A stretch of 63,758 nt of DNA, counting the filler, from Malassezia furfur (taxonomy: Eukaryota), in NCBI GenBank assembly GCA_052055015.1. It is 5 parts of 5 records of this genome, joined end to end, with 100 filler letters (N's around TTAATTAATTAA, not from the genome) between each part and the next. Parts side by side here need not be neighbours in the genome. Positions count along the whole stretch, not along the records: positions 38,375 to 51,021 come from JBQJIT010000331.1; positions 51,122 to 63,758 come from JBQJIT010000332.1; 3 more parts are not named here. One strand, 5' to 3'. The notes below the pieces were generated by a model. It ran no database searches, was not told the origin of the DNA, and worked only from the letters and a program-made list of their open reading frames with translations. Below are positions 43,031 through 56,720 of this stretch, in pieces (the stretch's first letter is position 1; each line of letters opens with the position of its first letter). The position numbers and the translations under genes were made by a program.

Positions 43031-46000
43031 CTATGTAAAACCCGGCCTCCTAGGAACGGGAGGCGGTGCCGCGGGATTTTCGCCGCCCTGCGCTGATAGG
43101 TTCGGGACGTGGGCACGCGTCTGACGGCTTGTTGGGTTTTCCGCGTCGATCACACCGGCCGATCTTCTTGGCGGCGGCGGCGGCAACGCTGGTGCCGCAG
43201 CATCCCCACGACGCGCAGGAAGCGACGGCGGCGTCTCGATAAACGGGTTACCGGGTGTCGCGTCGGTACTGGGCTGCAGCGGGGGGCCTTGGTGCCACCA
43301 CTGCTGTGCGTCGTCGGACGGCTGCGGGAGTGATGCGCTATCATCGCTCGGCGGCGCGCTCTGCTGCGCGACGCCCACCAGCTCCTTTTGCAGCGCCGCG
43401 CGCTTCGTCGCGTCCACGGCGTACACAAGCACGTCGAACTGGGCGTGCACTGGGCGGTGGTCGCTGATCCGTAGGTCCGCACACGTATACGTAGTGAGCC
43501 GAACGGCGTCTGCGTCGTGCATCTTGGTGCGCCATAGCACGCGGTCCGTCCATGCGGGCGCCCGCGCCTTTTCGGAGGAGTCGTAAGTGTCGGTGTGGAT
43601 GTCGTACTTGTACGTCGGGCGGAACGTGAGCGGCCCTTCGAGGTAGCCTGCGAACGCCGCCTGCGACGCCTGCGCGAGCTTGAGCTGGTCGTGCGCCTGC
43701 AGCTTCCGCAGCACGCCCTCGGGCGCCGTGCCCTCGGGCGCACCCACCGGCGGCAGCTCGGCGCACAGACCACGCACCTCGGCGCTGCTCAGCTGGTCAA
43801 AGCGGTAGTTGAGGTCGCCCGCCCAGAACACATGGGTGTGCGCGTCGATCGTGCGCCCGCGCGGGAACTGGACGCCGCGCGCAATGCTCGCATAGTCGCC
43901 GTTGCGCTCGTCGACGCTCGTGCTGCCGGCCGCGAGGTGCGCGCCGACGACACACAGGTCTGTGTCAAAGACGTCCATGCGCACGGCAATGCCGCCCTTG
44001 TTTCCGCTCATGCCGCGCAGCCCCGTCTTTTTGGACGCGGCCTCGACGTTGCGCACGTGCGGCAGCATCGTCTCGCGCACAAGCAGCAGCACAGACGTGG
44101 CAAAGAGCAGCTCGCTGCGCAGCACCACATACGACTCGGTGCCGGTGTGCAGCGCCGCCAGGACCATGCGCTCCCAGTGCCGCATCGGCTCGGCCGCCGA
44201 CGACGTGAGCATCTGCTGCGCAGTGAGCGGCACCAGCTCCTGGAACGAGAGTACCACAATGTCTGCGCCGGACGCCTCGCGCAGCCACGCCTCGAGCTGC
44301 TGCGGCGGCTGCGCACAGACGTTGTAGGTGCCGACGAACAGCCGCACGCGCTTCCGCGTCGCATACTCGTCCTTGCGCCGCGCCAGCTCCTCGTCGGCGG
44401 CCGTGTACACCGGGTCATACAGCACGACCTGTGTCTGTCCACTGCGCGTGCCAAGCAGGGTGTCGATCGCCTGCTGCTTGCTCTGGTCCTGGAAGTTGTT
44501 CATGTACATGCTGGGTGAGGTAGCGCGACGTACCGACTCGCGCTCTTCGCCGCGTCGCTGAGCAGCCCGGAGAAGAACTTTTTCGTACCGGAGCGCATGT
44601 AGTCCGAGTTGAGCGACCCGGTGCCCGTGCTGATCTGTGAGAGCGTATCGCCGTTCTCGGCCCAGAGGCGACCGTGCAGCGGCCAGAGCGCCTCGGGCAG
44701 CCCGGGCGTATCGCGCAGCAGCACCAGGTTGGTGTCATCGTACTTTTCACGCGCCAGCGTGCGGAAAAAGTCACGCAGCGCTGCGTGCGACAGGCAGCCT
44801 TGCACGACGTTGGTCCGGTCGAGGCAGTCGAAGCAGTTGACGCGGAAGACACCCGTCTGCGTCATGAGCTGCTCGATGTAGTTGGTGCGGTACTGCACCA
44901 ACGTGTATCCGTTGTACTGCCGCTGCGTCTGCACATTGTTGAGCCGGTCCAGCTCGGCGCGCGTGCCATCCAGCCCGCCCGTGGCCTTGGTGATGGTGTG
45001 GAAGTCGAAGTTGTAATACCGCAGCGGCTTCTCATCGTGGTGCCACGGCAGGTGCTCCAGCATCGCATCAATGTGCTGCACATATGCCTGGCTCAGCATC
45101 GTCTCGGCGTCGCGTGTACCCAGCAGGTCGAGTGCAAACACCCGCTCGTACTCGGCCAGCAGACGCTGCATGTGCTGCTCAAAGGCCGGCTGCGTCGCCG
45201 CGCCTGTGCGTGTGATTTGAATGCGTGCATTGAGTGCCTGCAGGCCCTGCTGCTCCCAGAACAGCGGCACGGAGCCGCGCACCTGCACAAAACTCATCAC
45301 GTCCTCTCCGAAGGCCAGCACCGTCTCGGTCTGGGCAAAGTTCGCCGCGTAGCCCTGGTCGTCGATCCCGCGCGCATTGAAGCGCGTCCCAGCACGTCGT
45401 GCACTCAGTCGGCTGATCACTGCGAGTGTGCCCTTGTCGCGGCGCTCGGGGCCCAGCGGGAACGACGCCATGCCGACATACCCCTGGATCACCAGCACCA
45501 ACAGCGCTGCGCTGTCGAGCTCAGCGCGCTGCGATGGGTCCAGGCGTGTGCGAAACTGCAGAATGGGTTCCATCATGTATGCGTTCCATGCATACTGCGA
45601 CGAGAATTGTTGGTCGATGTCGCTGTGCGACTCGATGCGGGCGATGCGGCGGGTCAGGTCGAACGCACAGCGCTCGGCAAAGAAGAAAGAGCCTGAGTTC
45701 ATGTACTTGCGGATGGATGCGCACGGATTCTCGGCGGGGGCACTCGGCGCGGTGCTCCGCCCGTACTCCTGAGGGTCGATGCCGTACTGGAATTCTTCGT
45801 CGCGCACGGCCCGATTGATGCAGAAGAAGGTCACCCCACGCACGCGCCGGACCCACTGGTCGTCATGCAGAGAGCCCACACGCTCTGCATGCGTGATGCA
45901 TGCGAGGTAGATATCGGTGCCCATCTTGAGCAGACCGAGGATGCCCAGCAGCGGAACGGACGGCGACGACAGTCGTTGCATGTGTGTCCACGCCATGTCG

Positions 46001-46149
46001 GACGCGCGTAGCACCGACAGCGTGCATCGTCCCGACGATGCACTGAACGACAGCACAACATCTGATGTCTCCACGCCGCGCTGCGGCTCGTGCCGCGACA
46101 CCAGCAGGGTGCGCTGCTGCGCGGTCGCCTCCGCCAGCCAGACCTGCAT
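43031..46149 (-). CDS. Synaptojanin-like phosphoinositide phosphatase (SAC1 + 5-phosphatase; Inp52/Inp53-like)
   Basis: RAGTRFNARGIDD, RGSVPLFW, RVNCFDCLDRTN; GNKGG, WAGDLNYR, PTYKYD, PAWTDRVL, SDHRPV; Pro-rich tail. Intron at 44511-44533. Confidence 0.93.
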
Positions 46150-46240
46150 GGCGGTACGCGGTGGAGGGGCCAAGCCACCTCCACACGTGCGCGCCTACTA
46201 CGCACAGGACCACCACGGTGGCGCGTCGCGCTCACGGACG

Positions 46241-47005
46241 ATGAATACACAAGATTCCCCAGACAATACACCTACGCCGGTGTCTGTGTACCGTGCACCG
46301 AATAACCGTGCCTATGGTACGTGAACTTGACTGATCGCAGCGCCACCCCCGCCCGAACACGACAACTTTGAGCCGACCTCAGCAGAGCTGCGCGAGGCCT
46401 TCGCGAGCGTAATTCAGCAGCGCAACGGGCCCAATGCGCCTCTGATGACAAGCGCCATGCGTGCGCGGCAAGAGGCCGCGAGCGGGCGCATTAAAAAACA
46501 GTTTGACACCGTGCGCATCCGCGTCCGATTTTCCGATCGGACTCAGATCGAGCACACGTTCCCACACACTGCAACGATCGATGACGTCTATACCATGGTG
46601 GACAGCACGCTACACGAAGGCGGCCAAGGCGACTATGTGCTCTTCCAATCGCCGCCCAAACGCGACTTTCCACGCAACCAAATACGCACGACGCTAGTCC
46701 AACTCGGATTTGCGCCGGCGACAGTCCTGGGCATCCGCTGGGCGGATCCCAAGCGCAACGGTATGTTTCCTGCTCTGACGCAGCGTCGGACGCGCCTGCA
46801 CCGCTCCGGAGCGACGTGGCCGCACGTGCACGCGACATGCCGCTGCCGCCTTCGTTCACGACACAGGTCCCATCGGTGCGGCCAAACGCATCGGATGGCA
46901 CTCCGTCCGATGCACAGCAGGCGCGCGAGAAGCGAAAGTTCCCCAAGGTACGCACGCGCCCGCGCACGGCTCACGCAGTGGTTCAAAGGCACCGGCGGCA
47001 AGTAG
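46241..47005 (+). CDS. UBX-domain protein (Ubx4/ASPL C-terminal-like)
   Basis: PLMTSAMR, VRIRVRFSDRTQIEHTF, FQSPPKR, LVQLGFAP, C-terminal PKWFK. Introns at 46317-46340, 46761-46783 and 46948-46978. Confidence 0.85.
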
Positions 47006-47092
47006 TCACGTGATAGCATCGGCCAGGTTCGGCGAGACCCGCGCGATTTGTCATGGGCAAATCCGGTTTCGTTCATTCGCTCCACGGACACC

Positions 47093-47465
47093 ATGTCGCT
47101 TGCAAACACGCTCTACAACACGTTTGTGCTCCGCAACTCGGTCTAGTACGTACTGCGTGGCGCAATTGGACTCGACTAACACGGCCGCTTTTGCGGCGTG
47201 AAACAGCGTCGGCACCATCTTCACGGGCGCCTTCCTCTTCGGCATCGGTTTCGACACTGCGACGCAGATGTGGTGGGACCGGCACAACAAGGGGGTGCGT
47301 ATCGAACGCGAAATTGGGACGTGTACTGACACTCGCTTCGGCGTACAACATACAGAAGCAGTGGGCCGACATCCGTGACAAGGTATGTGAACTTGCGTAG
47401 GCGCACAGATGCTAACACCGCTGCAGTGCATCAAGATGGCCGACGGCGGCGACGATGACGAGTAA
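47093..47465 (+). CDS. QCR9: Cytochrome bc1 complex subunit 9
   Basis: Spliced MSLANTLYNTFVLRNSVYVGTIFTGAFLFGIGFDTATQMWWDRHNKGKQWADIRDK. Introns at 47146-47206, 47295-47355 and 47383-47426. Confidence 0.92.
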
Positions 47466-47981
47466 ATTCCCCATGCTTTGATTAGCCTATGATCCAAGCA
47501 ATTCCATGTATCTTTCGGGACAGCTATGCTGGATATGGTGTGCTGACTTGGTCGAGTGGTTGCATGCCAACGGCTGATCTTTGTGTGCGCGCATGCGCCT
47601 GCCCCTATGCATGGCGGAGGCACATGGGGCTCATCGTACCCTATCCCCTATAGCGGCTATGGCTGGCAGGGCGCATTGTGTCGTGGTTCGTGTGGTCAGG
47701 ATGAAGGTCTGCGCTGTGTCAGGCGTGCAGATCCTTCCGCGATGAGCCAGATGTGTATCTCGTAGAGTCTCGGGTACTCCTCTGCTTTGCTCGCAGCGTC
47801 GGTTGTGTCGTCATGCATCCGCGCCGTGCATTGCCGTGCACACCCCTCTCCCTCGGCATCTACGAGGCCCAGCAGGCCCGCCCGACTCGCCGCCGCGGTG
47901 TTCTCACGTGACGCAACGCCGCGCGACACGCCTTGGTGTTGATCCACGCGCGCGCTGGTCAGGGGCGCCGGGCCGGTGACG

Positions 47982-50904
47982 ATGGCGAACCGTATTGCGG
48001 CGCTCAAGGCGCTGTATGAAAGCGGAGTACAGGATACATCTGATGCGTCCGTGGAGCAAAGTATGGCGACGTTCCATAACGACCCGTCGCTGAGCCTCGA
48101 GTCCGAGGAGAGCCTCGACCTGCCGACCTCGGAGCCCAGCCGCCCCGCGGCGTTCTTCTCGTCGACCGAGGAGAGTCGTACGATGCCTTCATATACGAGT
48201 GATGATGCACCTGAGGAGGAGGAGCCGCAAGATGCCTCACCCGCATCGGGGCACGCTTCGCCGATTACCCCGGCGCCGGATGCAGCAGCGACGCCGCGCA
48301 AGCCGACGTCGTCCAACCAGGCAACACCCCGCACAGCAACGCGACGGAAGGCGCTCGCAACGCCGCGCAACACGACCGGAGATTTTGACCTCGACGAGTC
48401 GTCGCTGTCGGCGTCGTTGCGTGCGAGCCAACTCATGCGCAACGACGATGAAGTCGAGGAGCTGCTCGAGGATGAGGACGGCGACCAACATGGCGATCAG
48501 TCGAGCTCGGGGCACTGGGGCGTGCAAGAGATGCGGCGGCGTACCGCGGCCGGTATCTCCATCAAGTCAACGCAGCAAAAGATCGACCAGCTGACCGCCG
48601 AGCGCGATGACCTCAAGATCGAGGTCGACTTCCACCGGCGTAATATGAGCCCCGACGATGTGGGTGCCGAGGTGATTTCGCTGCGGCAAGAGAAGCTCGG
48701 GTATGTGCGCCGCCTGCAGAAGCTCAACGAGCTGGTCAAGGGCCAGGACCAGGCGCTCAAGACGGTCAACAAGCAGGTCAAGGCGTGGGAGTCCAAGATT
48801 CAGGACTACGAGGCGCTGCAGGAGCGGCTGCAGCATGCCGAGGAGCGTGCGCGTGCAGCCGAGGCGAGCGCCGAGGCCGCGCGCGCGGAGCGTTCGAACA
48901 ACGCGGAACTGGACGAGCTGCGGGCGGCGCTGCGTACGCAGCAGCTCGAGAACGAGGCCCTGGAGCGCGAATTGGCATCGCGGAGCGATGCGCACGCGCG
49001 TGAGCAGCGCGAAGACGACGAGCGCGACGCGCTGATCGAGAATTTGCGCGCGGATTTGCAGGACGCCGAGCAGGAGATTGAGTACCTGCGCGACCACCCC
49101 GAGTCGGCTGACGCCGAGGCGCTCGACCAGCTGCAGCGCCAGGTGGACGAGCAGCACGAGACGATTGCGTCGCTACAGGATGCGCTGGCGGCCGAGCGCC
49201 TGATTGTCGCCGAGAAGGACGGCGAGCTGGACCGAATGGACCAGGTGCAGCAGGACTCGCATGCGGCGCTTGCCGAGCTCGAGGAGCAGCTCGCGGTGCG
49301 CAGCGAGTCGGAGGCCGCCGCGCTCGCACAGGCGCAGCAGCTCGATGCCGAGAACCAGCGCCTGGAGCGCGAGCTGAGCGAGGCGCATGCCTACCACGAG
49401 GGCCTAGCAAGCGCGCTCAAGGAGAAGCTGTCGCAGTCGGCAGTGCAGCTGCACGAAACGCAGCAGAGCGTCGCAGCGCTGTCGTCCGATGTCGACGAGC
49501 TGCGCGCGGAGCGCGACACGCTGCTCGACCAGCTCGACCGGCACGGCGCACAGCGCGCGGAGCTCGAGGCGGTGAATGCGCGCCTGAACGAGAAGCTCGT
49601 CGAGCTCGTCAAGGACCTCAAGGACGAGGAGGCCGCGCGCGAGCAGGCCGACACGACCTGGACGCGGCGCTACACGTCGTCCGAGGCGCAGACGCAGCGC
49701 GCGCTCGAGGCCAAGAACGAGCTCATCGAGTCGCTCGAGCAGCAGCTCGTCCAAATGCGCAGCGACAAGCAACAGCTCGAGCGCGAGCAGCAGAAGCTTC
49801 AGCGCGCGCTCCAGTCCCAGGACACCAAGCAGCTGCGGCGCAGCGAGGACCTGGCGAGCGAGCGGCAGACGCTCGAGGCCGAGCGTGCTCGTGCCGAGCG
49901 CGAGGCCAAGCGCCTCGCCGCCGAGCTCGCACGCGTCCAAGACGCGCTCGCGCAGCGCGAGGAGCGCGTCGGCGACACCGAAGACCACGTGCACCGGCTG
50001 CAGGCCGAGACGCGCGAGCTGGCCACGACGCTGCAGGCCGAGGTACGTGCGCGGCTGGGCGCGCAGGAGCGCTACGAAGTCGCACAGAAGGCGCTCGACG
50101 AGGCGCGCGACACGCTGTCCACCCTGCGCGCGCGTCGCAGCGACGCGGAGCGCTCGCCGGGCACGACGCGGCGCGCCGACGCACCGTCGCACGCGCAGAT
50201 TGCCGAGCGCAACCAGCTGCTCACGACCGTCTACGAGAGCCTCACCAAAGCACTGTCTGGGGCCGCGGGGCCCGCGGGCGTGGTGGTACGTGTGGCCTAC
50301 TTACCCGCAGCGCAAGCATGCCGGCGACGACGACGGGCGTGTCGCGTCCGATGCCCGGCTCGTCCAGCACCAGCTGCCGCAGTTTAGCGAGCGGCTCCTA
50401 CAGCTCGTGCGCCGCCTGTCGCACATCCAGCAGACGTTTGAGCAGCGCGCGCGCGCGCTCGAGCGCAGCCAGGCCGACCAGGTCGCGGCGCTGCGCCGCC
50501 AGCAAGAGGCGCGCATGGGCCAACTCGAGCACATCGAGCACTCGATCAAGGCCGCGGCCGCAAAGCAGGCGCAGTGGCGCAAGCGCATCGTCGACACCGA
50601 GGCGGAGCTCGGCTCGCTGCAGCGCACCAACCAGTCTTTGCAGCAGCAGCTGAGCCGCGCGCGCGCGAGCCCCGCGCCGTCGCGCGCCCGGCGTCGACTC
50701 GCCGTCGCGCTGGTCCGTGCGCCTGCGCGAGCTCGAGCAGCGCGTCAAGGAGGCGGACGAGCGCGTGAAGCGCGAGCGCCTCGGTGCGCGCGAGGCGCGT
50801 GCGCGCGACGAGGCCAAGATCCGGTACGTACGACGCGGCCGTGCGCTGACCCTAGCCACCTCCAGGCACTCGTGGCGCGCCTCGAGACGCCCCCTCCTGC
50901 ATAG
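47982..50904 (+). CDS. Centrosomin-motif (CM1) coiled-coil gamma-tubulin complex receptor, Mto1/ApsB-like; apparent frameshift near 50655-50690
   Basis: CM1-like SIKSTQQKIDQLTAERDDLKIEVDF, long coiled coil, C-terminal WSVRLRELEQRVKEADERVKRER in a shifted frame. Introns at 50286-50310 and 50824-50855. Confidence 0.75.
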
Positions 50905-51021
50905 ATGATACCCGATGACATAAGCGCCGCGCTGCAAGGAGCGGGTGGCGGGCGCGTTCATTTCCGCGCGTGCCGCGCGCGCCGCGCCGCCGGCTGCCTG
51001 ATTGGTCGTGCCGCCGCGCGC

Positions 51022-51121
51022 NNNNNNNNNNNNNNNNNNNNNNNNNNNNNNNNNNNNNNNNNNNNTTAATTAATTAANNNNNNNNNNNNNNNNNNNNNNN
51101 NNNNNNNNNNNNNNNNNNNNN
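51022..51121. other. Artificial contig spacer
   Basis: N44-TTAATTAATTAA-N44. Confidence 0.98.
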
Positions 51122-52283
51122 TGTGCAGCACACCGAGCGCGGCGGTCGCCGTAAACTTGCTCCAGTTGGACGCCTTGGCAAGCCAGTCGAGGTTCTCGCG
51201 GAGGAACTCATCGCTGGACGTGCCCGCATTCATGAATGCATTCGACAGACTGACCGCCGAGTGGTACGCACTGTAGTGCGCATCGAGCGCATCCTTGGAC
51301 GCCTGCAAAATCGCCAGGTCGGCGTGGTTGGCGTACTGCAAAAACGCGCGGTACAGCTTGATCGACTCGGTCCCGCCCAGGATCAGGTGGATCTGTGCAC
51401 CGGGCGACGAAGCCCCCTCGCCGCTCGCCTCGGCAGAGATGCCGAGCTTGTGCTGCAGCTCTTGCTGCACGCTCTTGCGGAACTCTTGCGTGGCGCTCTC
51501 CACCAGATCAAACGCAATCTGGTACGCAATTAGCAGCGGGTCCTGCGGCGTGTTGGCCTGCGCCGCGGCACCCGCCTCGGCACGCTGCACCAGCGTCTGC
51601 AGCAGCTCAGCGGCGGGCCCCGGCGCGTTCAGATACACGTAGCACTGCGCCATCGAGAAGTAGTCGGGCTGCTCCAGCGACTGGAACAGCTGCACGAGCA
51701 GCGAAAGCACGCTCCGGCGTACCTCGTGGTCGTGTGCAACGCCCATCACCACCTCCAGCACGTAGATGAGCAGCTGCGCGTCGTGCGTCGTACGGAACAC
51801 ATTCTCAATCACGTCCAGACGGCGCGTCTCGAGCGCGATGCCGAGCGCCTGCCGGTACTCGCCCGCGGCCACGCACCGCTCCAGCATATTGTTCACGATC
51901 GACTCAAGCCGCGGGTCGACGTCGGCTTGCGCTGCGCTGCGCTGCGCAATGTAGCTGTCGATCGCTTTGGATACCACCGTTTCCACATACTCGTCCCGAC
52001 GGTCCACGTCAAAGAGCGCACCTGCACCCAGCGCAAAGTTCAGCGAGTCGTCGAATTCGCCCAAGTAGAAGTACACCTTGGACGCCACGAGCGCAGCCAC
52101 TGCACGGTCCGCAAACGACTCGTCCTCGTACAGCTCCTCGATCCTTGGCACCGAGTCCGCAAGCTCCGCCCAGAAGCCGTCCACTAGCGAGTCCAGCTTC
52201 CGCAGCGCATATGCCTGCAATTTCGGATCCTTTTCTTGCAAAAGGGCCGTGATACCCGCCACAGACGTGAGCGGTGCGGCCAT
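51122..52283 (-). CDS. RPN2: 26S proteasome regulatory subunit Rpn2, 3'-truncated
   Basis: LTSVAGITALLQE, FWAEL..IEELYEDESF, AALVASKVYF, AYQIAFDL, FLRENLDWL.KASNWSKFTATAALGVLH. Confidence 0.95.
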
Positions 52284-52405
52284 CCTCAATACTTCACCGA
52301 CACGGTTCCGGCGACGCTCGCACCCGATCAGGGCGCTGACGACGCGCGTTGTTTGGGAAATATGTGTCGTGGAATTACGTGCGTCGCCGCTGCACGTTGC
52401 CCAGC

Positions 52406-52849
52406 ATGGCCAGCGCGCCCAGCAAGAAGCAGCAGGGTATGTGCCCGCCGCTCACCGTACAGAACTCGCAGTGGTCGCGCAGCAGCGCCGCTCAGAGCTC
52501 CAGGCGATCGCCGAAAAGATTGGCGAGATTGAAAGCGATGCCGACGAGCACAGGTACGCACGCACACCCTCTTACGCAGGCTCGTCATCAAAACGCTCTC
52601 GGGCGTCCAGGAAAAGGAGCCGGACCGCACGTGTTTCCGGCTGATCGGCGGCGTCCTCGTGGAACGTACAGTGCGCGACGTGCTGCCCACGCTCGAGACG
52701 ACCTACGAAGGGGTACGTTGCTCACCCACGCACCCACTCACACCCAGCTCACCAAAGTGCTCGTGGACCTCGCAAAACAATACCGCGTAAAGGAGCTCGA
52801 GCTCCAAAAAGTGCAACAGGAGCTTGGCGGGCAGAAGCGCACGCTGTAA
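52406..52849 (+). CDS. GIM4: Prefoldin subunit 2
   Basis: LQAIAEKIGEIESDADEHRLVI..RTCFRLIGGVLVERTVRDVLP. Introns at 52437-52462, 52554-52579 and 52713-52747. Confidence 0.92.
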   Translation: MASAPSKKQQGMCPPLTVQNSQWSRSSAAQSSRRSPKRLARLKAMPTSTGTHAHPLTQARHQNALGRPGKGAGPHVFPADRRRPRGTYSARRAAHARDDLRRGTLLTHAPTHTQLTKVLVDLAKQYRVKELELQKVQQELGGQKRTL

Positions 52850-53072
52850 GAATGTAGTATAGTAGATATCCTCTGTGCGCCTAATCCACAGGAGCGTCCG
52901 CCTCCCGCCGATACACGCAACGGCCCCCACAACGTGCCACGCCTGCCGCACACACCTCTGGTGGCTGTATGGAATACATCCATGCAGCACAAACGCGCTC
53001 TACACAGCAGCATCCACTTGCGTGCGGTATACGCGGCTCGCTGGTCTATCCAATCGGCTACGATGTGTCCGT

Positions 53073-54453
<1,381 letters not shown>

Positions 54454-54493
54454 AACAAAACTACTTCGTGTTTTTAATACAGCGTGAAAAGAC

Positions 54494-55438
54494 TCAGGTC
54501 AAGAGCGCCAGGCGCGTAGACACCTCGGCCTGGGTGCTGATCACCTTGGACAGGTACGATACCATGAAGACGTCCTGCAGGTGCGAGTTAAACAGCGACT
54601 CAAGCACAGGACCGTCGAGGCCGGCAGGGACCACTCCGATGGTGTCGCTCAGGAACCGCCCAACAGCCTTGTCACCTTCAATCTCACCCGAGAGAACCTT
54701 GCGCACATAGGTCAAAACGCGCTCGAGCATGGTGTTCACATGCTCAAGCGACGCCTCAAGCGCCTCAAGATCCGTCTGGTCCTCACCGTCCTCAGGGTTG
54801 GCCAAGTGCCGCAGCGCGGTCTGCTCGGGCCCTGCACTCAGCAGCGAGGTGGGGAGCGACAGAAATGCGCAGCGCTCCGGCTTGGCAGTCGCATCCAACA
54901 GCGAGCTCACGTACGCCTTGACGCACAACCCATCCTTCTCGTCGGCAACGTTGGTATTCAGAGTAAGATGGATCGCCTGGTGCGGCGCAACCTCGCGCGA
55001 GTAGTGGTCCTGGATCAACGCACTGTTCGAGTTGAGTTCGGGAGACGTGCTGTACCATCCCAGCACCACCTCCTCGGGCCGCACACGCTGGTGTAGTTCG
55101 AGCATCCGGCGGTGGTGCTCAGCATCCAGTTGAATCTGCCACGGGTCCTCGCTCTCGCCGTGCGGTACCGCGAACGCGTTGCGCACTTCCACCTCGGCCT
55201 CGCTGCGAATGCCCAGCAGCGTGCCAATCACGCGCTGCTGCGAGCCATCGCGGCGAAGGTAGTGGTCCAGGATCGAGAAAAGTGCCACCTAATGTTAGCT
55301 CGCCGGGAAAAAAAGGCACAAACGTACAGGGTGGACCTTGACACCGGAGATAGAGCGCGAGTGAAACACGCCAGACGCCGCAGGCGGGAAGTTCAGATGC
55401 AGCGCCGAGGGCGCCGCGAACGTATTCTGATCCGCCAT
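54494..55438 (-). CDS. Translation initiation factor eIF3 subunit F (MPN domain)
   Basis: VHPVALFSILDHYLRR..RVIGTLLG, VLGWYST, FNSHLQDVFMVSYL. Intron at 55289-55327. Confidence 0.92.
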
Positions 55439-55539
55439 CCTGGACAATGAAGAAAGACGTCCGCCCTTGTTGGCCACGTGGGAATTCGCTGCGGTAAGCA
55501 GACCAGTCTACCCCCGACCTTCTTGTTCGGAAGACAGCG

Positions 55540-55795
55540 ATGGCGTTCTCGGAAGATACCAAGGTATATACGCCCCCATTCTTGAGCATGCTAACCCCCA
55601 GGTGCGGATTCTCCGCGCTGTGGACATTACCAAGACCATTGTGCACTATGGCTGGTACGTGGCGTCCGACGCTGATGCAGGGTGCCGTTTGTGATCTACG
55701 TGGGCTTCGTTACGAGCCAGAACCGCCCGAACCTGATCAAGTGCGTTTGCCAGACAAGTGCAGCTAACCTCAGGGTTCTGAGCCCGCTCTCGTAA
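55540..55795 (+). CDS. TOM7: Mitochondrial import receptor subunit Tom7
   Basis: Spliced MAFSEDTKVRILRAVDITKTIVHYGWVPFVIYVG..PNLIKVLSPLS. Introns at 55564-55601, 55655-55680 and 55741-55773. Confidence 0.92.
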
Positions 55796-55828
55796 AAGGG
55801 TCCTGTCGACGTATTTTTCTTCTATTTG

Positions 55829-56600
55829 TCAACGACCTTTTCTTGGAGGCGTCTTGCTCAGAATAACAGCCCGGTAGGGATCTCTGGGATCGTCTGACGG
55901 TGATGTAGTATCGAAACTGTATCCGCATTTCGTATAAAAGCGGCGTGCTTGCGCATTGTTCTTGAACACCGTGAGCACCACTTTACGCATAGATGTTTGC
56001 CACGCCAGGACTTCGAGGCTATGCAGAAGCCAAGACCCTAGCCCATGGCCCCGATGGCTGGCATTGACTTGCATTTCATAACTGGGTGGTCAGCACGGTG
56101 CGTACCAATATGCAACCTCCATGGTATCTTCCCCGCGGGGGGTTGTGGGATCGTCCGGTAGCGCGTCATAGTCTTCAAACCGCCACATAATAAACCCAAG
56201 CAACGGTGGATCGCTTGGGCTGTGCCGTGTCGTCCTGCGGACACTGTTTGAGGCAGCAGAAGCAGGTATGGCGATCAAAAACCTCGAAGCAGTGTCATCA
56301 AGCTCCTGTTGCTTTGCACGACTGTCCCAAGACCAGTTCTCCTCGTACAAAGGACGCATGTTTTGCTCTAGCAAGGCAAAAATTTGTTCTTTCATAGTAA
56401 CAGAGAGCTCGGAGGGGCGCGCTACCAGTACGCGCACGTTGCTGTGTTAGGACATCGACATCCTACGTACGAAGGAGCATCCAGCTCCTCGATCAGTCGT
56501 TGTAGGGAGGAAGAGGGTATCTGTATTAGCGTGGTGTTCCTTTCCTCACCTTGCGTGCGTCGTCTAGGACATGTTGTAGTCGCTTGGAAATGGATGGCAT
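55829..56600 (-). CDS. NAT4: N-alpha-acetyltransferase 40 (NatD, GNAT)
   Basis: LLEQNMRPLYE..WSWD..KQQEL, GFIMWRF, YCYEMQV..RGHGLG, KVVLTVFKNN..ARRFY. Introns at 56521-56549, 56442-56470 and 56082-56105. Confidence 0.85.
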
Positions 56601-56720
56601 CACCCTCGATCGGTATGCCAAGACGCGAGCTATTTTATTTTGGCCCGATTGACGATCTTGTGTATTGCGCCCTTTTCCCAACACCCCCACTAGTTTGAAC
56701 ATAAGTGTGTTCCAGGGGGA

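Noticed and set aside
47462..47635. RNase MRP-like P4 pairing (AAATTCCCCATG / CATGGGGCTCA) and U4-like ATCTTTGTG start
   Set aside because: The 5' strand overlaps the QCR9 stop, leaving no room for P1-P3, and there is no Sm site or U6-pairing stem. Insufficient without a covariance-model search.
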